From Nanobdellati archaeon (GTDB lineage Archaea > EX4484-52 > WAPT01), in the NCBI GenBank assembly GCA_015520605.1, contig WAPT01000018.1:1-16280 (forward strand): 16,280 nt of DNA. Reading direction: 5' to 3'. The notes under the pieces are model-generated. The model saw only the letters and a program-made list of their open reading frames with translations. It had not been told where the DNA came from and did no database searches. A program made the translations under genes and the position numbers. Positions 15,618 through 16,280 of this stretch are shown here, piece by piece. Every line of letters starts with the position of its first letter. The stretch's first letter is position 1.

Positions 15618-15996
15618 TCCGCTTCCGCCCAGTATGAGGGAGAGAGAAAGGTGGGTGGTCTTCAGGGTCATTATGGAAGGGGACGATCCCTTACCTCTAA
15701 ATAAAGCTGTAAACACCATATGGAAAGCCTGCATGGAGAATTTCGGAACCGTTGGTTGTGCTAAGTTCATGCTATGGGTGCCCTCAAATCTCTATGATGA
15801 GAAAAAGAGAGCGGGAATAATAAGATGCACATCCAAAACTGTTGAAAATCTTAGATTTGCACTTTCAACCATAAAAGAAGTTGATGGCAAGCCCGCTGTG
15901 TTCCACGTGCTTGGTGTGTCAGGTACAATAAAAAGGGCGAAGAAAAAGTTTCTGGAGAAGGTTCTCAAACAAACAGCTGTGACACACGACGAGTGA
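15604..15996 (+). CDS. rnp2: Ribonuclease P protein component 2 (Pop5/Rpp14)
   Basis: LPPSMRERERWVVF, FG..G, GIIRC and VLGVSGTIKRA. RBS AGGTGA favours ATG 15604. Confidence 0.93.
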   Translation: MTRLNPLPPSMRERERWVVFRVIMEGDDPLPLNKAVNTIWKACMENFGTVGCAKFMLWVPSNLYDEKKRAGIIRCTSKTVENLRFALSTIKEVDGKPAVFHVLGVSGTIKRAKKKFLEKVLKQTAVTHDE

Positions 15997-16231
15997 TAAG
16001 GATTTAATGAGAAACACGATATAGCCAGACACTTAATAACACGGGTTGTGCTCGGCTTTTTATCAGAAGGTGTTGCAAACTGTTCCTGGAGACATGTGTA
16101 TGAAATTCAACAGTTATCGATGAAACATAATTTTCATAAGCAAATATGCAGTTAAATCAGTTGATATTGGAAAAATAAAGGCACAGGATGAACAGATAAT
16201 ATAAAATACGCTGTGTTTTGCCGTTGTTTTC

Positions 16232-16278
16232 TTTCGGGGATCTTTTTAAATCCGGGACATCATTCACCATCCCCGAAA
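16232..16278. repeat. Perfect 10-bp inverted repeat with a 27-nt spacer
   Basis: TTTCGGGGAT (16232-16241) and ATCCCCGAAA (16269-16278). Confidence 0.6.
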
Positions 16279-16280
16279 AA

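Noticed and set aside
15997-16230. Possible RNase P RNA or other ncRNA next to rnp3-rnp2
   Set aside because: No GAGGAAAGUCC-like P4 element and the region is too AT-rich. The CGGCTT at ~16053 alone is not enough.
16157-16279. Minus-strand frame open from the window edge (..MVNDVPDLKRSPKENNGKTQRILYYLFILCLYFSNIN*)
   Set aside because: Only about 40 codons are visible with no recognisable motif. It could be the tail of an outside gene but cannot be supported here.
1-16280. CRISPR array, tRNA or rRNA genes
   Set aside because: Intergenic gaps are short, with no regularly spaced repeats and no cloverleaf or T-loop signature visible.

Overview
Archaeal chromosomal window. Evidence for this: proteasome beta subunit, aCPSF1/FttA, RNase P proteins Rpp30 and Pop5, archaeal SepF, Sua5, a class III-signal pilin, TATA boxes and GGTGA-type ribosome-binding sites. 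The compact layout and divergent proteins suggest a DPANN-like lineage, but that is inference only. About 18 protein genes are supported: an EamA-type transporter; a sugar cluster (GlmU-like NTase/acetyltransferase, HAD phosphatase, YvcK/CofD-family protein, GT4 glycosyltransferase); a Cys-rich surface protein; sua5; an orphan pilin; a CaCA antiporter; enolase; an HD hydrolase; psmB and aCPSF1; a three-gene AT-rich minus-strand block; sepF; rnp3 and rnp2. No tRNA, rRNA, CRISPR or transposase was seen. Main leads: (1) the GlmU-like NTase domain appears to lack both metal-ligand positions and sits in an operon with a YvcK/GlmR/CofD-family enzyme; (2) psmB has no well-placed canonical start (probable ATT start, or coupling to a 6-codon uORF); (3) a structured U-rich element between psmB and the termination factor aCPSF1 could be an autoregulatory attenuator; (4) the AT-rich block holds a pore-less voltage-sensor-like protein and two interrupted ORFs (in-frame TAA; A_AAA_AAG -1 slippery site). 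All calls come from motif recognition by eye; no searches were run.
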